Source: Phoronis australis
Lineage: Eukaryota > Animalia > Phoronida
Length of the DNA stretch: 64,000 nucleotides
Direction: 5' to 3'
Assembly (NCBI GenBank): GCA_002633005.1
Contig: NMRA01000097.1
Span: forward strand, 955,734-1,019,733
Shown: positions 13,259 through 26,219 of the stretch, in pieces
Layout of the letters: each line of letters starts with the position of its first letter
Position numbering within the stretch: position 1 is the stretch's first letter
Notes under the pieces: generated by a model
The model's database searches: none
The model's input: only the letters and a program-made list of their open reading frames with translations
What the model was told of the DNA's origin: nothing
Position numbers and translations under genes: made by a program

Positions 13259-13777
13259 GGGGGTTCAGCGTCCGGTTGCATGAAACAGTCCCAAAGAAGG
13301 ACTTCATTATGTTCCCTAAATCCACTGGGTAATTGTGAGTTTTCTACGTTGAATTCTCAATATTATTGAAAATAAGTAGGGATCTTTTCATACAACGCCC
13401 TAATTTAAAGACAAAATCCCTAAATATTTTGACTGAATTAAGGGCTCAGTTTTTAGTTATATTATTGGAAAACGTCATATGTCACAAGAAGAGCTCGTAA
13501 TAAAGATAAAATGATAGAAAAATATAACAACTGTGAGTACAGAACGAAACAAATACACAAAAAATTTAAACAACTCAGTTGAGCACAAGCGGGGGCGGTC
13601 AAAGGGGTTTGGGCCCCAATATTCCCTTGATATCAAATTGATATCAGATCCAGAATTTTCAAATTGTTGACTTGGACCACCCTTCTTAAAAAAAATTATC
13701 CGACCCCTCCCCCCCTTTTAAAAATCCTGGATATGGCCCTGTTTAGTCGTTATTTGGGACTGGGCATAGACCCCCCC
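13259..13777. mobile_element. Non-autonomous TIR element with GGG..CCC termini and TGCT 4-bp flanks (Sola2-like), with a nested MITE at 13584-13741
   Basis: tgct|gggggttcagcgtccgg ... ctgggcatagaccccccc|tgct; imperfect TIRs; second copy at 3635. Confidence 0.5.
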
Positions 13778-14323
13778 TGCTTGAATGTAGAATGTCGTAA
13801 GGTGTGAATTTCTGAAACGGCGTAAGAGGGAACTGAGTTTTTACACATTGGCGTAGGAAACATTTGATTGCTGCGGGTAGGAGAATCTGTTAATTTTTTA
13901 TTTTAAAACAAAGTTTGTGTGTTGAAAGTTTTAATAATAAATTGTTAATTAATTGACTTTGACCCCTGGAACATTGGGGGCCTCCAACGTTTTGGTTGAG
14001 CAGTTTTTCGAGATTTACTCTATATTTTGATTATGTGTATTTTTCCATTACTCTGCTCACATTTTTTGTTCTTAATATTTTAAACAAAAGCACTTCTCAA
14101 TTTTGAATTTGACATGTAAAATCGGCCATGGTAGTCGACTCTTCTTCGGCGCGCACACACCCGCTAGGTGTCGCCACGGTCCATGACACAATAATGGCGG
14201 CGGCCAAAGTGAATATAATCTTGTTAACGTCTTTGGCCATAATGATTGGAAAGTATTTCTAGTCACGTGACACGGATACTCGCCGTGAAAACAAATGGGG
14301 CAAAGTGCCCTTTTTAACGTGCG

Positions 14324-14483
14324 CAGTGGCGGATTTAGAGGGGCCAAGGGGGCCATGCCCCCCAAAAAATTCTCCCAGATTCCATTTGGCAGTGCAGGAG
14401 TGCGAATGCCTCACAGACAAAATACTAGCTAATACTCTACCCTGCCCCCCTCCCCCTAACTCAAAATCCTGGATCCGCCCCAG
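14324..14483. mobile_element. GC-rich MITE with 5-bp TSD (hAT5-like)
   Basis: GTGCG|cagtggcggatttag ... cctggatccgccccag|GTGCG. Confidence 0.8.
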
Positions 14484-15555
14484 GTGCGATATCTAACACA
14501 TAGAGATGAGGAAGAGTGTGAGTTTTTCAGGAACATAAAAAACATATGATGCAGTACTTAAAGTCAGTCAGTCAGTCGATAGGGAAAATATCAAACTATT
14601 AGAAGATCGCAACCAGTGGCAGATTCCCGAGTGGCTTTTGCAACTGCACGCTTGTCAATCCACTGCGAAAGATTTATTTTTTAGTTTCTGTTTTCAAGAC
14701 AAAGCAATTAGATCGCGCAAGTTTATCAATTTGAAATGAAATAAAATTCGTGTCGTAAATACAGTATATCCAGAAGTATACACGGACGTGCCGCTCACTC
14801 GGGTCGTACGTACTATCGCGGTGCCTCAGGTCGTAATATACGTCTTTTCACTATTGGAAAATGCGGACCCCGGGTAACTTGTTAATATTAAGATATGACC
14901 CGGGTCGTTATCAATGGAGTCTAAATTTACCGTAAACTATTGTGAAAAAATAAAAGGTTTTAAAAGTTAAAAAACAAAGAACACGGACTTCCTTTCCTGT
15001 GCATCGCTAGGTATTGCCAACGTACAAAAATTCTTCTCTCACCCACTTCTCTCACGGATCTGAAGTCNCAATCAAGCACCAAGCACTGAAGTATCCTCAC
15101 TCCGTGTAACTACTTGTTCGCAAAAGAGATCAACCCTGCTCCCACACATTATTTAAAACCGATCCTTTCCCCCTCCTCGCCCTTAATCTGATATACGTAC
15201 TAAGCGTCCCTGAGCCGAGAAATTTAAAATTCTTCCCTCACGCACGCTTGGCCTTCTCACGGTTTTAAATTTGACTTTGATAGTAAGAAAACCTGGCTGC
15301 AATCCGAAGATTCCTCATGTAACCGGGTATGTTGGGATTAGGCTTCATGCATCTAGTCAGATATCATATCCTGGCAAGAGCAGTGTAAAATGTCCAGTTG
15401 CCGATTTGTGCAAATGAACGAAGGATTGGTAGAAAAATAGTGATTGTTTTCGCTTCAAAGTCACGTACATAATATTAATTGCTCCTGAACAGACCAGCCC
15501 AGCTCCCACACATCATATTCCTGGACTGTAAGCCGCTCAGTACTTTCCCTAATTG

Positions 15556-15664
15556 CGTCAATCGTTTGAGTGGTCTATCCTATCTATATATAGGATAGAC
15601 CACTCAAACGAATGACGTCAGTGGTATACCCTATATATATATATATATATATATAGGATAGACC
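15556..15664. repeat. Perfect 22-bp-stem hairpin followed by a related palindrome with a (TA)n core
   Basis: tcgtttgagtggtctatcctat (15562-15583) pairs with ataggatagaccactcaaacga (15590-15611); then ccctat(at)n aggatagacc. Confidence 0.85.
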
Positions 15665-17253
15665 GATTAATGAATTTGCAAGTGTGGCATTGTCTGGGAA
15701 ATACCTTATTAAGTATTCAAGTCCTTTTTTCGAAGCTCATTTATTTGAGAAAAGCTCATTTCAAATGAGAAGGTGTTGGTATATAATGAAAAAGCAAGGC
15801 ATGTATATTTCCCTTGCCGCGAGCAACTCAGACATAAACAACCGCGTATCGAGCGTTGTTGAAAGATCGCCTATTGCGGGTATCATGTCTGCTTATCCCA
15901 ATCCCCTGTTGCCGGGGAACCATGGAAAAGACTGAGGTGAAAACAACGCATGATCGCTCCGCTTAAACTATGGTGGCAGAACCCACAAAACCTAATGGCA
16001 GCACCCCTAAACTCCATGGCCAAACCAAAAAACCAATGACTCAATGGCAGGGCGAAGAAACTCAACTCTTTGTCTGCAGGTATAACACTGCGATCCCCCG
16101 AATTTCCTGACTGATGCCATACATGTAGAGCTCTTAGTGTTTTCCGTCACACTTTCCAATTTTTTACAAAAATGCAGTTACGTGATAAAAAACTTTTGAA
16201 AAAACTTAGATTCTCTTATTCCCAAGGAATTAAAACTATAAAGCTGTATGGGTTCACTATTAATAGTTGAAAAGTTATAATTTAAAAGAGTCTTTAGTAA
16301 GGAAGGTGGACAGTAGGTCTATGACAAACCGCAAGGGTGAAATGTTCGCTACACAAAAACGTCCCGACGGAGTTTTTGTCCAACGAGAGATATAACACCC
16401 AAAAGTGCCTGACTTGTTTTCGTTTTTTAGTCGAATGAGAAATTGTGAGTGCCGCAAAAACCAATGAAACGCCTGTTTTTTTTTGTTTTTTTTTGTTTTA
16501 GTCAAACGGGCTTTAGGTATGTCGTATAGGAAATTACAATATTTTATGTCAATTTCGCTGTGTCAAAAAGCGAGATATTTTGACGGTGTGGCGGGAAAAT
16601 TCAAAAGGTGAGACAATCCACCAAGAGCAGGACAATTGTCAAGCACAATATTCCCCGCCAGTAACACAAAGTATTGGATAGGATTCTTTTTTGCTAAATT
16701 TTATCAAAAAGACATGGTCACCTTATCCTACTAATAACAGATTGGTATTATGCCAAGCATCAAATTCTACAAACATTCTACTTTGAGAAAATATACTTTT
16801 ATTAGATGAAAACCTATAGTTTGTATGTGGATAGATAAGAACACAGACTACATGTAGTCGGTGCAGTCTACATAACCTTAAGAGCACGTGAGCAACAAGT
16901 ACATATTTACACTGGTGCTTCCTGATGAGTGATGAGTGTACTCTAATTAGTCAAATGTTATTAAAAATCGATTTTACCAGTAACGCCAGTAGTCGCCAGG
17001 TGTCGCGTGTTCTACATTCGCAGAAACATTTCTCTTGTATTCGCAATTTGATCTGCCGCAGAGTAACGACAATTGATTTTACAGACAAATGATAGAACTG
17101 TCTTTGCCTTGAAAGTGTTGCCGGCAGCCGTTCGTAAAACGTCAGTGTTTGGAGAGCTTCTCACTTGTAGGTGAGTGAAAGTGATTTGTAATCTTTCTAT
17201 CATTGAGCGATCGCAAGAGCAAGCATAAAACAAGTGAAGTACATGTTCACATC

Positions 17254-17989
17254 ATGGCAGGAAGAATGCGTTCATTGCATCGTCAAAGGAATGCGTCTTT
17301 AATGTCAAATGACAGTGCTGATACCGACGATATTACGTTCAGCGATGTGGGCGAATTGGTTCGCGGCCGTGATGATGCGGGCAAATCATCTGAATCGAAA
17401 CAATCCCGACACAAGAAGTTGTCGAGCAGTAATCCACGTGCCAGAAGCTTGTCGCCACTTTGCAGGGGTTATGAATCTTTATCTTCTAGTAACGGAATAT
17501 TAGAATGTAGGAGTGCGTCTGGAGCATTGCCAACGAGAGGGGACTCGCTTCTGACTGTTCCTGGGGAAACGACATCTAACCAAAATCGCTTACAACGGCA
17601 AAGAGCGCTTTCGGAAAACAGCGCTCAGTCATTGGAATCGCAGTGCAGCCAACCGACGAGAAAAGCGTGTTCAATAGATACAGCCTATCCGTGTTCCTCG
17701 AAAAAGTCGTTACACGGGCCAAGTGGCGTTAAAACAACAGCCAAACCCGCTCAAAAATTATCCAGTGATACAAAAGATAAACCACTCGCACTACGCCGAC
17801 AGAAAATGAGCACGGGACAAAATGAACCTGTTAACAATCCTTTCCGCCAGCAGTCGTGTCCCGTGCGAGCAACGCAACCCCCTGTCAGGATTGTTAAAGC
17901 GAAGAGTGAATGCACTCGGTCTCCTCGAAGATTCCTGTTCATGCTTCAGAAAAATCAGTTGAACGCGACAGAAGACAACGTTCCGCTGA
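17254..17989 (+). CDS. Putative alternative first coding exon (1a) of the ANKDD1-like gene; Ser/Arg-rich disordered N-terminal extension
   Basis: Longest ORF in the window. atcATGG start; ends CTG A|gtaagt in phase 1, matching acceptor exon 49214 (A+TG = Met). Contains several RxRxxS motifs. Confidence 0.65.
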
Positions 17990-18529
17990 GTAAGTAAATT
18001 TTACCTTTTGTTAAGTCAGAACACAGCTAGTAATCGATAAAGCTCAGAATAATTCCGGTCTCTATCAATACACATTTGTGTAACCAGCTTTGAAGAACAG
18101 AGCGTAACACGGAATATTTACATCGTACTTTCAATTTTTCATAAACCTTATGGGCAAGCAATTCGTTTTTATGCATGGTCGCTGCAGAATACGACAGTGT
18201 TACGTAATTACTACTTTAACCTGACATTCGCTCCCAGTATATTAGTCATCAGTCCTCTCTGGCACTATACGAAACGTATGTTAATCCCGAGTCCTTCAAA
18301 GACATGAATGAATACAGTAGTCGATCAAGAGACTTTGACAATGTTACATTAAAGGACGAACATACTTCGCACATGCATAGATATGAAATAGGTCCGAAGG
18401 CATCCGGAACACCACGGGTAGTTTCGTAGCCTCAAATGACCCCTCGTTGGTGAACGCTAATTATCTGAACATTTGCTGAATTCAGTCATACGTATAGTCC
18501 CGTGGTTTTCAAACTGGAGGTTGATGATC

Positions 18530-18833
18530 CACGGGCGGATCCAGGATTTTGAGTTGGTGGGGGCCAGGGCACAGGAATAACCAGAATTTCGGCAGATGCG
18601 TGCGCCCCATCTTACAATGTGGGAAGGCAGCTGTCTCGAATTTTTGACCTGTCGACTAAAAAAAGAAAAAAAACGGAACACGGGGTTTTGTTCAGGACCT
18701 ATGCATTGTTTATTCACCCCCGGGCCCCCTGGTTGCGCGCACGTGTTAGTCACCCGAACTCCCAAATGGTATCTGGTAGAATTTTATGGGGGCCATGGCC
18801 CCCTTGCCCCCCCCCCCCCTAAATCCGCCACTG
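18530..18833. mobile_element. GC-rich MITE, 5-bp TSD family (longer, composite copy)
   Basis: TGATC|cacgggcggatccagg ... ctaaatccgccactg|TAATC. Confidence 0.75.
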
Positions 18834-20435
18834 TAATCTGTATGAGTCCAGTTCGCACATGTCCAGATAACGTTCAACTTTAAAGAAATTTAGGCTGCGA
18901 AAATACTCGAGGTTCCGAGGGATTATTTGAGGATAGGGCCCCAGTTCATGGGCGAAGTTATTTGTTTATTTTTTGTCGACATCTCAACCGATAATCCTAC
19001 AACAGAAAGATCGTCGGCTTAGATACTGAGTGGGACGTGAAAGCTGACATCCGTGCTTCGCTTGTGGTTCCAGGCAACATCTCGCAAATGTTTGCGTGAT
19101 CTCACCAGCCTCGCAAGAATCTAACCTTACTGAAAGCATCTCCGGCTCATGTTGTTGTCTAACCTCTCACAAACGTTTTGTGTGCGTGCGTGTACGTGCG
19201 TCTCTGCGTGCGCGTGTGTCAGTGCGTGTAACAATAGCAAGCGTTACTTACATTTGAAACCTTGCACCTTAGTTATATATGACACTACTCAGCTCATTTC
19301 ATACCTGCTCACGGCACACAAATACATGCAGTTTATTCTTTCGATTCAAGAAGTCGGGTAATTGGAACAAGCGGGTTTTAATTGGCTATTTCGTAATCAT
19401 AGCACAAACGTGTAGGGGAAAGGGGTCATATTAAATGGAGCCAACCAGTGGTAATCTTGGTTTAAAAGATAGACTTTACGGAAATTGCCGGTGAGTTACG
19501 GAAGTAGCGACATCGTGATTTTACGCGACAAAGCGGCAATTTCCGTACCGTCCTTGACCTCGACGGGCCCAGGGTGGAAGTGTGTGGGGGCTTTTTGTGA
19601 ACATTTTTGTTCTTTGACTGCGAATTTCTTACGAAGTCGCCGTAACAGGACACCGTGAATGGTATTGGGAGAAAGAACAATTCTTCGTGGTTTGTTGAAC
19701 CCCTGTTTTGTGTAAATTTATTGAGTTTTATGTTTGCTATGGACGGCTGAAGTGAAGCACCCGTGGAATTTCTAGTCGGGAGTGTCATACCTTGTAGTAT
19801 TATATGTAGTGTATTGGGGACGATCAGAAGCTGAGGACGCCTGTGGGTTACCTGAGATTCTCTGCGGGAGGCAATCACCGAACCAGACTTAAATTCTAGA
19901 TTTCCGTCTTCTCAAAAAAATCCTTTCACCGTAGTTTAGACTAGTTGCGCTCTACACCAAAAAGGGAGAGCGTAGCAGGCACGGAATGCAGAACAGAAAA
20001 TCGATGATTAAGGAGTGTGATAACCACCTTGTTCCTACAGAGGGCGTGTGGAATAACACTTGTTGGGAGCAGTTATGCTGTTTTTTTTTTGTTATCTTTT
20101 TGGGCAATACATTAATGTTTCTCTTGAGTGGTACAGCTCCGTTTTAAAAACCATTTTGGCACTAAAAATGTATTAATGTTGCCTTGACCGACGAAGTTAA
20201 CTTGATCTAACGCTTTAAAGAGTTCCAACCATGACCCTGTGTCTCAAAAATAATTTTATAAATACACCTTTAACAGCCTTTAGTATACTTGTTGCTAAGA
20301 CAAAAGTCAATTTTTTTTTAAAATCTGTTATCGCGTTTGTATGTAATGGGTGGAAGACCGTCTCCGCCGTTGTTTTTACCACTGCGGCACTGCAGAGTTG
20401 TGAGGAAAGTCCGCGGAGATTCGCCTTTTTCAGAT

Positions 20436-20661
20436 ATGAGAAGGTGCGTTTGTGGAGGCTGTAGTAACAGCAACTTGACTGAGAACGTCCCTGTGTTCAA
20501 ATTTCCCCAAATACGTGAAAGTAGCACAGAAATGACATTGGTTTGTTCGCCGTACGAGAGCGTGGAATGATTCAGTCGGTAGCCACATTTTGTTCGGCCC
20601 ATTTCAAGGAATATCATCGTGCTTCGACCAAACAAAAAAGCGGCGAAGGATTCGCCACATT
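20436..20661 (+). pseudogene. Frameshifted THAP zinc-finger domain (transposon-derived)
   Basis: MRRCVCGGCSNSN...VPVFKFP/K.VKVAQK*HWFVRRTRAWN.../CSAHFKE: full C2CH THAP pattern with one stop and two frameshifts; followed by a gtaagt donor. Confidence 0.75.
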
Positions 20662-22699
20662 GTAAGTGTATTTGCAAATTTTATAAATAACGAACAAACT
20701 GCTTCCATTCTAGGGTGAATGATGCCCTCGACCCCAGCACAGATCGAGTGCTATGACACGTAAGCTTATGCATTGTGTTTAGACCGTGGTAATCCCATCA
20801 CTGACGTTATTTGACCCTTCTACAGGAATACCCTTTACCACCCTGTAACTTACTTCATCCACTTGCAAATCGGTGTCATTTTCACTTCAAGTAGGCGCAA
20901 TGATGTTTGGAACATTCACGGTTTCAAACTGGGGCGGAGATGTTTAGGCAATACAGTTGAGGCTTGTTTGTTACTAATGATTCCAGAACATTACTCTTTC
21001 GGAGACATTATCCTTTCTGTGGGTTTTAACCTCTGCTCAAAGTTTATTTGTTTAATTAAAGTTTAATAAGCAACCCCTTTGAATTGTAGTCTTTTTAATT
21101 CAACAGCATAATGCGCAATTCTTTTAGTTGTGTTGCAGAATGGAACCTTTTACAATTTACTTATCCATTTTAATGGTATTTAAAAATATTCTTTTGCCGG
21201 AAGTTATGGATGATGGCGTTCCATACCTCGCTGGTGGTAAACGAGTGACAAAGTATTTAACGAACATGACGTCTTGCTTTCGTAAATGCTAACTCGATTT
21301 GAATCGGTCGATTTTAGTTCATTCATAATATGTGCATGACATTTGTAAAGGCAATAACTGAAAGAAATATGAGAAGTTTACGAACAGGGTTGTTGACAGT
21401 CGGCTTGTAATAAGTTACACCGAAAGCAAAAGAAAAATGGACGTTTCAGATGCTCTTGCTGTCCTTGAACATGACTGTCTCGCTTTGCTCTATGTTGCAA
21501 CTGGCCTGAAACCATGCACTTTGTTAAAAATAGAAAGTTTAGACTATAGTTTCAACAATTTAGAAATACACTGTATTACTAACAATATAGGATGTTTAAC
21601 TACTTTCCCGTAAATATTCAGTGCCCACTTTTGTGGTGGCCCTTTTATTGAAGGGCCGTTAATGGGTACGTCAAGATGTAACGATATAACATAATCGACA
21701 TGTAAGGGCATAGCATGATCTGCTTGAAGTTCCGAAATGATATTTACCCCCCCCCCCCAAGCCTGAACGGTAACTAGCTAGCGGGTAGCAACCCGTACGA
21801 TTATTTCCCATGAGAAATACGGTAATTCTTCACTAATTACGCACAAAAGTAATTGCCAAAATTGTATTAATTTTTATTTTTTGAAATGCATATATTAGAT
21901 ACTCTACTAAATTTTGATTCATGACATCTTCACACAACAAACCAAGATAACAACAGGCTGAATTTTTCTTAATATTTGTTTTCAATAAGATCTTTGATAC
22001 GAAAATTCACATGTCCGCCATGTTCTGTGCTAAACACGTGAAGACTATCCGTAACTGTATTTGGCGGGATAACGTGATGGGCCCGCTAAGGTATTGTGCT
22101 GATCAACTGAAGACGGTCACATGTATGGTTTGCTCAAACGCATTCACCAAGTGAAGATCGACATCCAGCACAACGAATTTTGAATATTTTCGTTTTTGTT
22201 TGATGTGCTATGTAGGTTGCTCAAAATGTGAGATAACTACATAGGTGTCTACGGTAATAACTTCCCGTATCTACACCACCTCGTGGAGTTTGGATAAATT
22301 ATCAGAGCCCCCGGGAGATAATTCTGGCAATTCCCACGAGGGGTCTGGTTACAATTTATTTCGCCACTCAACAACATCGCATTATCTCACTTCCAATCAG
22401 ATGATCACATGTAACCTATTGCGATGTTTTCAGAAGAAAAAAGACATTATCTTGTAATATCTGACATCAAAAGCAAATACCAAGCGACTGTTTATGCTTT
22501 CCTTTCTTGTAACTTGTTCCTTTGCTGAACATTTTGTGCGGGTTCACGAAATGTCGTCGATTTCTACGACATATCGTTTGGCAGTTCTGGATGAGCCGAC
22601 TCGTAGCCTGGTGACTAGTCTAGATACGGGAAACATGTTGAAGAGCCTCAACATGTAACGGGATATACAGGACATGGACAAATCAATAATTATTTACCC

Positions 22700-22844
22700 C
22701 AGAAGCGGATTTAGAGGGGGGCACACCTAAAATTTTCCCCGATTACACTTGGCAGATTGGGTGTGCGAATGTCTGACGGGCAAAATCCTGGCTAATAGTC
22801 TGTCCTGCCCCCTCCCCCAACTAAAAATCCTGGATCCGCCCTTG
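22700..22844. mobile_element. GC-rich MITE, 5-bp TSD family
   Basis: TACCC|cagaagcggatttagag ... cctggatccgcccttg|TACCC. Confidence 0.8.
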
Positions 22845-23147
22845 TACCCTGACATGCAATCATAGCGTCTGATCTTTCAGTTGATTGGGGGATCTCCGTT
22901 GGGGGACTGGCATCATTTCTAAGTCACTCGGTGCTATTCGCGCGATTTACCCACAATGTTGGTCACAAATCCGCGAATACACTGAAAGTGTACATAAGCC
23001 AATATCAACACTAACAATGTGCAACTTTCAGTGCTTATGCAATCAGCTTTTTTGTGAACCGTATTTCAACAAAGAAAAAAATACAGGGAAATGATAGCAG
23101 TAATGCGGACAGTCATTAGGTGCTGATGTCACTACTCACAGGTTTCA

Positions 23148-26100
23148 TCACTTCATGTCACGTTCACCGCTTTCCATGAAACTGTCATACAACTCGTCAT
23201 CCTCTTCCACTTCACAAACATCGGTGAACAAGATATCAGTCAGTGAGTTTGGTAAGATAGGACCACATGGCAACACAGATTCTAGCACTTCTTCATCAGT
23301 CCGCATCCACCCTTGTCCTTCCTTTTGGCTGTTCAATTACGAGTTCGCAAGCGTGCTTGTATAAAGCGACACGGTAGTTTACTCGTTCGATGGGAGGTTT
23401 CCGTGCAGCCAGGCAAGGGGGAAGTCGATTAAGGTCAATCTTGGACTTGTAGGTGAGAACTTCATCTTCACCAACCATATTGCGCAACATCTTGGTACGA
23501 GGAGCATCTATCGGTTACCCACGACTCATACATGAAACAGGTGAGCTCCTTCATCCCTTTTAAAACTTCGGAATGTACAACCCAATCAACGCCAAGTTGC
23601 TTGAATGCTCGGCAAAACTTTGGATTCTTTTCCAGCTTTTTAAGGGGGCCAGCCTTTCATTTACCTTTAAAATCACTGGTGCAATCTTCTCCAGCGTATA
23701 CATAAAATTCAAGTACAGTTTCACAATAACCTTTTCCCAAGGATTTTGGCCAGGTCGGAGAGATTCAGTAGCCGCCCATGTTTTCCAAACTCTGTATCTA
23801 GATATACCAGTCAACTTCATGGCGTAAGTATGATGCAGTAGAATTACAAAGAAGAATTCAGTGTAAGGGGTTCTGACGCCGCGTTTCTGTACCCAACTGA
23901 GAAAACGTACTGGAGGTACAAAACAATTCTTGTGCCGTCTCTTCTTGGTTGCTGTATATAGTGTGGGTGCTCCTGAAGATGAACCTGAAACATCATATTA
24001 ATTTACTATATGACATCGCAGATTATCTTAAAGTAAGAAATACTGAGAAAATTATGTTAAGAAAAAAGATTGTGGACTTTCCTCGCGATCGGATGTAACA
24101 CGTTAATGGGCTTTTCCGTTTACAATGAGGATGGCTATCTCGCTCTTCTCCAACCTGGAAACTGGCATCTTACCACTCCAGACTTACAGTAACTGTTGAC
24201 ACTGGTGTGTTTTGTTATCATTGTTTGCAAGAAAGGTTTTGACGTCGTATGGTTTTCGAGTATATTGTCCACCCACAACTATGTTCTCTGAACTGCCACG
24301 TTGCAACCGTTCCTGGGCTTTGATAAATTCAGGGAGTTAGCTGACAGTTGAGAACAAGAAGTGTTTCTTCGACGACATCGTGTCAAGTACTTGTAAATAG
24401 ATCTCACTGAATATTGGAGGGAGATTAGCTAACGTGTGGAGAAGTGTCATGCCATCTTGGATGAATAGAGCATCGTCAGGATAATGAAAGTCTTCTAGGG
24501 TAATGTCTTCCAGAAAATAATGCAAAAGGAGGTTTTGTTGGTCTTGAAAGAGGCTATCTGTTGTTCCAAGATGGAGCTTCTACTTGAAGACTTCGTTGTT
24601 GGTTGCGACCGGCATTGCTTTATGTTTGGAAGTTTCAAAACCAGGCTTGACCTCTTGAATCATGACGATGTTGTTTCCCTGTACATTCGTAGTCATTTTA
24701 TTCAAATTGTCTCATTCACAATGGGATACACTGTACATTATTAGCCTTTGTGAGTTGATGAGTTGACACATCCCCCATCACGTTTGCCAAAGCGGTTTCA
24801 AAGTCTAAGACGAAGTCATAGCTCTCCGAGTGACCCGGCCAGTTTGTGCAATATAGTAGTAAGCTGCTTGCTTCGAAATAATTTTTTGATGGTCACAAAA
24901 AAGTAACTTCCACTTTCCGTATGTGGTATCTTGTCCAATAGAGGAAACCATTCTCTTGAATTTTTCACCCCAGTCATCAATAAACGAAGAAATCGGATGA
25001 GTTCTGGAGGTAAAAGTTTACAATATCAAGTTCCATATAATCGGCTGTTAAACACGGTAGATCTGCAGACTGTTTGCATGCCTTCGGAATGTCATCTCAT
25101 AGAGTGAGCACGGTTTTCAGACGTTTACCTGTACTTCCTAAACAATATGCTTGTGCTAAAGCAGATGAAAAGTTATACTTGACCTATGAAACAGCCAAAA
25201 TGACAGCGTCACCTCTGTCAATTTTTGTGAAGTTGACCTGGTTTTCCAATGTACCTGTTTTGAAACGATTCTATAGTTTCTCAGAACGGTACCCAAGATT
25301 CCCATGCCTCTTCCGTTTTAGTTCCTCAACGTAAAGCAAACGGAAGGAAGAGACTTTGATGACATCATTTTGTTGGACGATGTGAGTTTTAAGCTGCGGT
25401 ATTTTATTGTAATCCTGTTCCTCTCACATTGCATATTGCTGTAAAATTACCACGTTCACTTACAGAATCTAAATGAAGAATACACACGAGTAGAGGCTGA
25501 TCTTTGGCTTCAGTTGATAAACTTCGACCTTGTTTTCTTTTAGGAATAATTTTTACATCTGCCTAGATAGCTGCCATAGTTGCGAATGCAGAACGATTTC
25601 CCTGTCCCCCACATTGGAGTCGCTCTGATTGACATGTCAACAACCGATACGTTTATTTTTATGTTAGTTTGTGTTCAAAGTTTTTTACGTCAAAAGCTGA
25701 TTTACAGCTTTTGATGTGTTGTCATGTTCTTCTTTTTAAAAGATGAGAAACATTGTATCATTTATTGAACCTAAAATATATTGTGGTTGGGCTGCAACCT
25801 AAACATGATGTCACAGTTTGTTTTCATTTATGCCGTCAACATCTAAGTCCTAAATTTGGATAAAAATAGCGGATAATCATGCCCCACACAACGTTTCTGT
25901 TCAATATGTTGAGTGCTTTGTACATGTAAGGTAACTTTTATCACTTACTCGTAGTTCTAATGTAATGTTTGATCCACAAAAGGTAAGCCCAGACATTTAG
26001 CTTTTTCAATTATATGAGATAGTCGGGGTGATATTGCGAAATATAGCAAAATCGGTCATGGTGACACTAATTTGCATAAAAAAACATGCGTGGGACATTT

Positions 26101-26219
26101 TTTGACTTGTTAACATCATTTTTCCGTTTTTACATATAATTTCCTTCATAAAAATGCAATTTTGAAGTTGAAGTCCGGGGGGTGCACTGGGGGGAGGGGG
26201 GCATTTTTCGACTAGACTA
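23148..26219 (-). mobile_element. Degenerate Academ (AcademX-like) DNA transposon with XPG/PIN-like nuclease region
   Basis: Broken minus-strand frames give QEET, YLDTEFGKH, YAGEDCTSDFKGK*KAGPLKKLEKNPKF, LNRLPPC...RVNYRVALYKHA, GQGW...GPILPNSLTDIL and DDALFIQDGMTLLHTL. Terminus TAGTCTAGTC at 26219 (minus strand); left end not resolved. Confidence 0.7.

Noticed and set aside
19560-19880. Possible LINE 3' remnant on the minus strand
   Set aside because: Only vague similarity, needing several frameshifts; not supportable by eye.
22616-22630. tagtctag as the left TIR of the Academ relic
   Set aside because: Only 8 bp match the right end, there is no TSD, and it abuts another repeat (22545-22615, also at ~39080).
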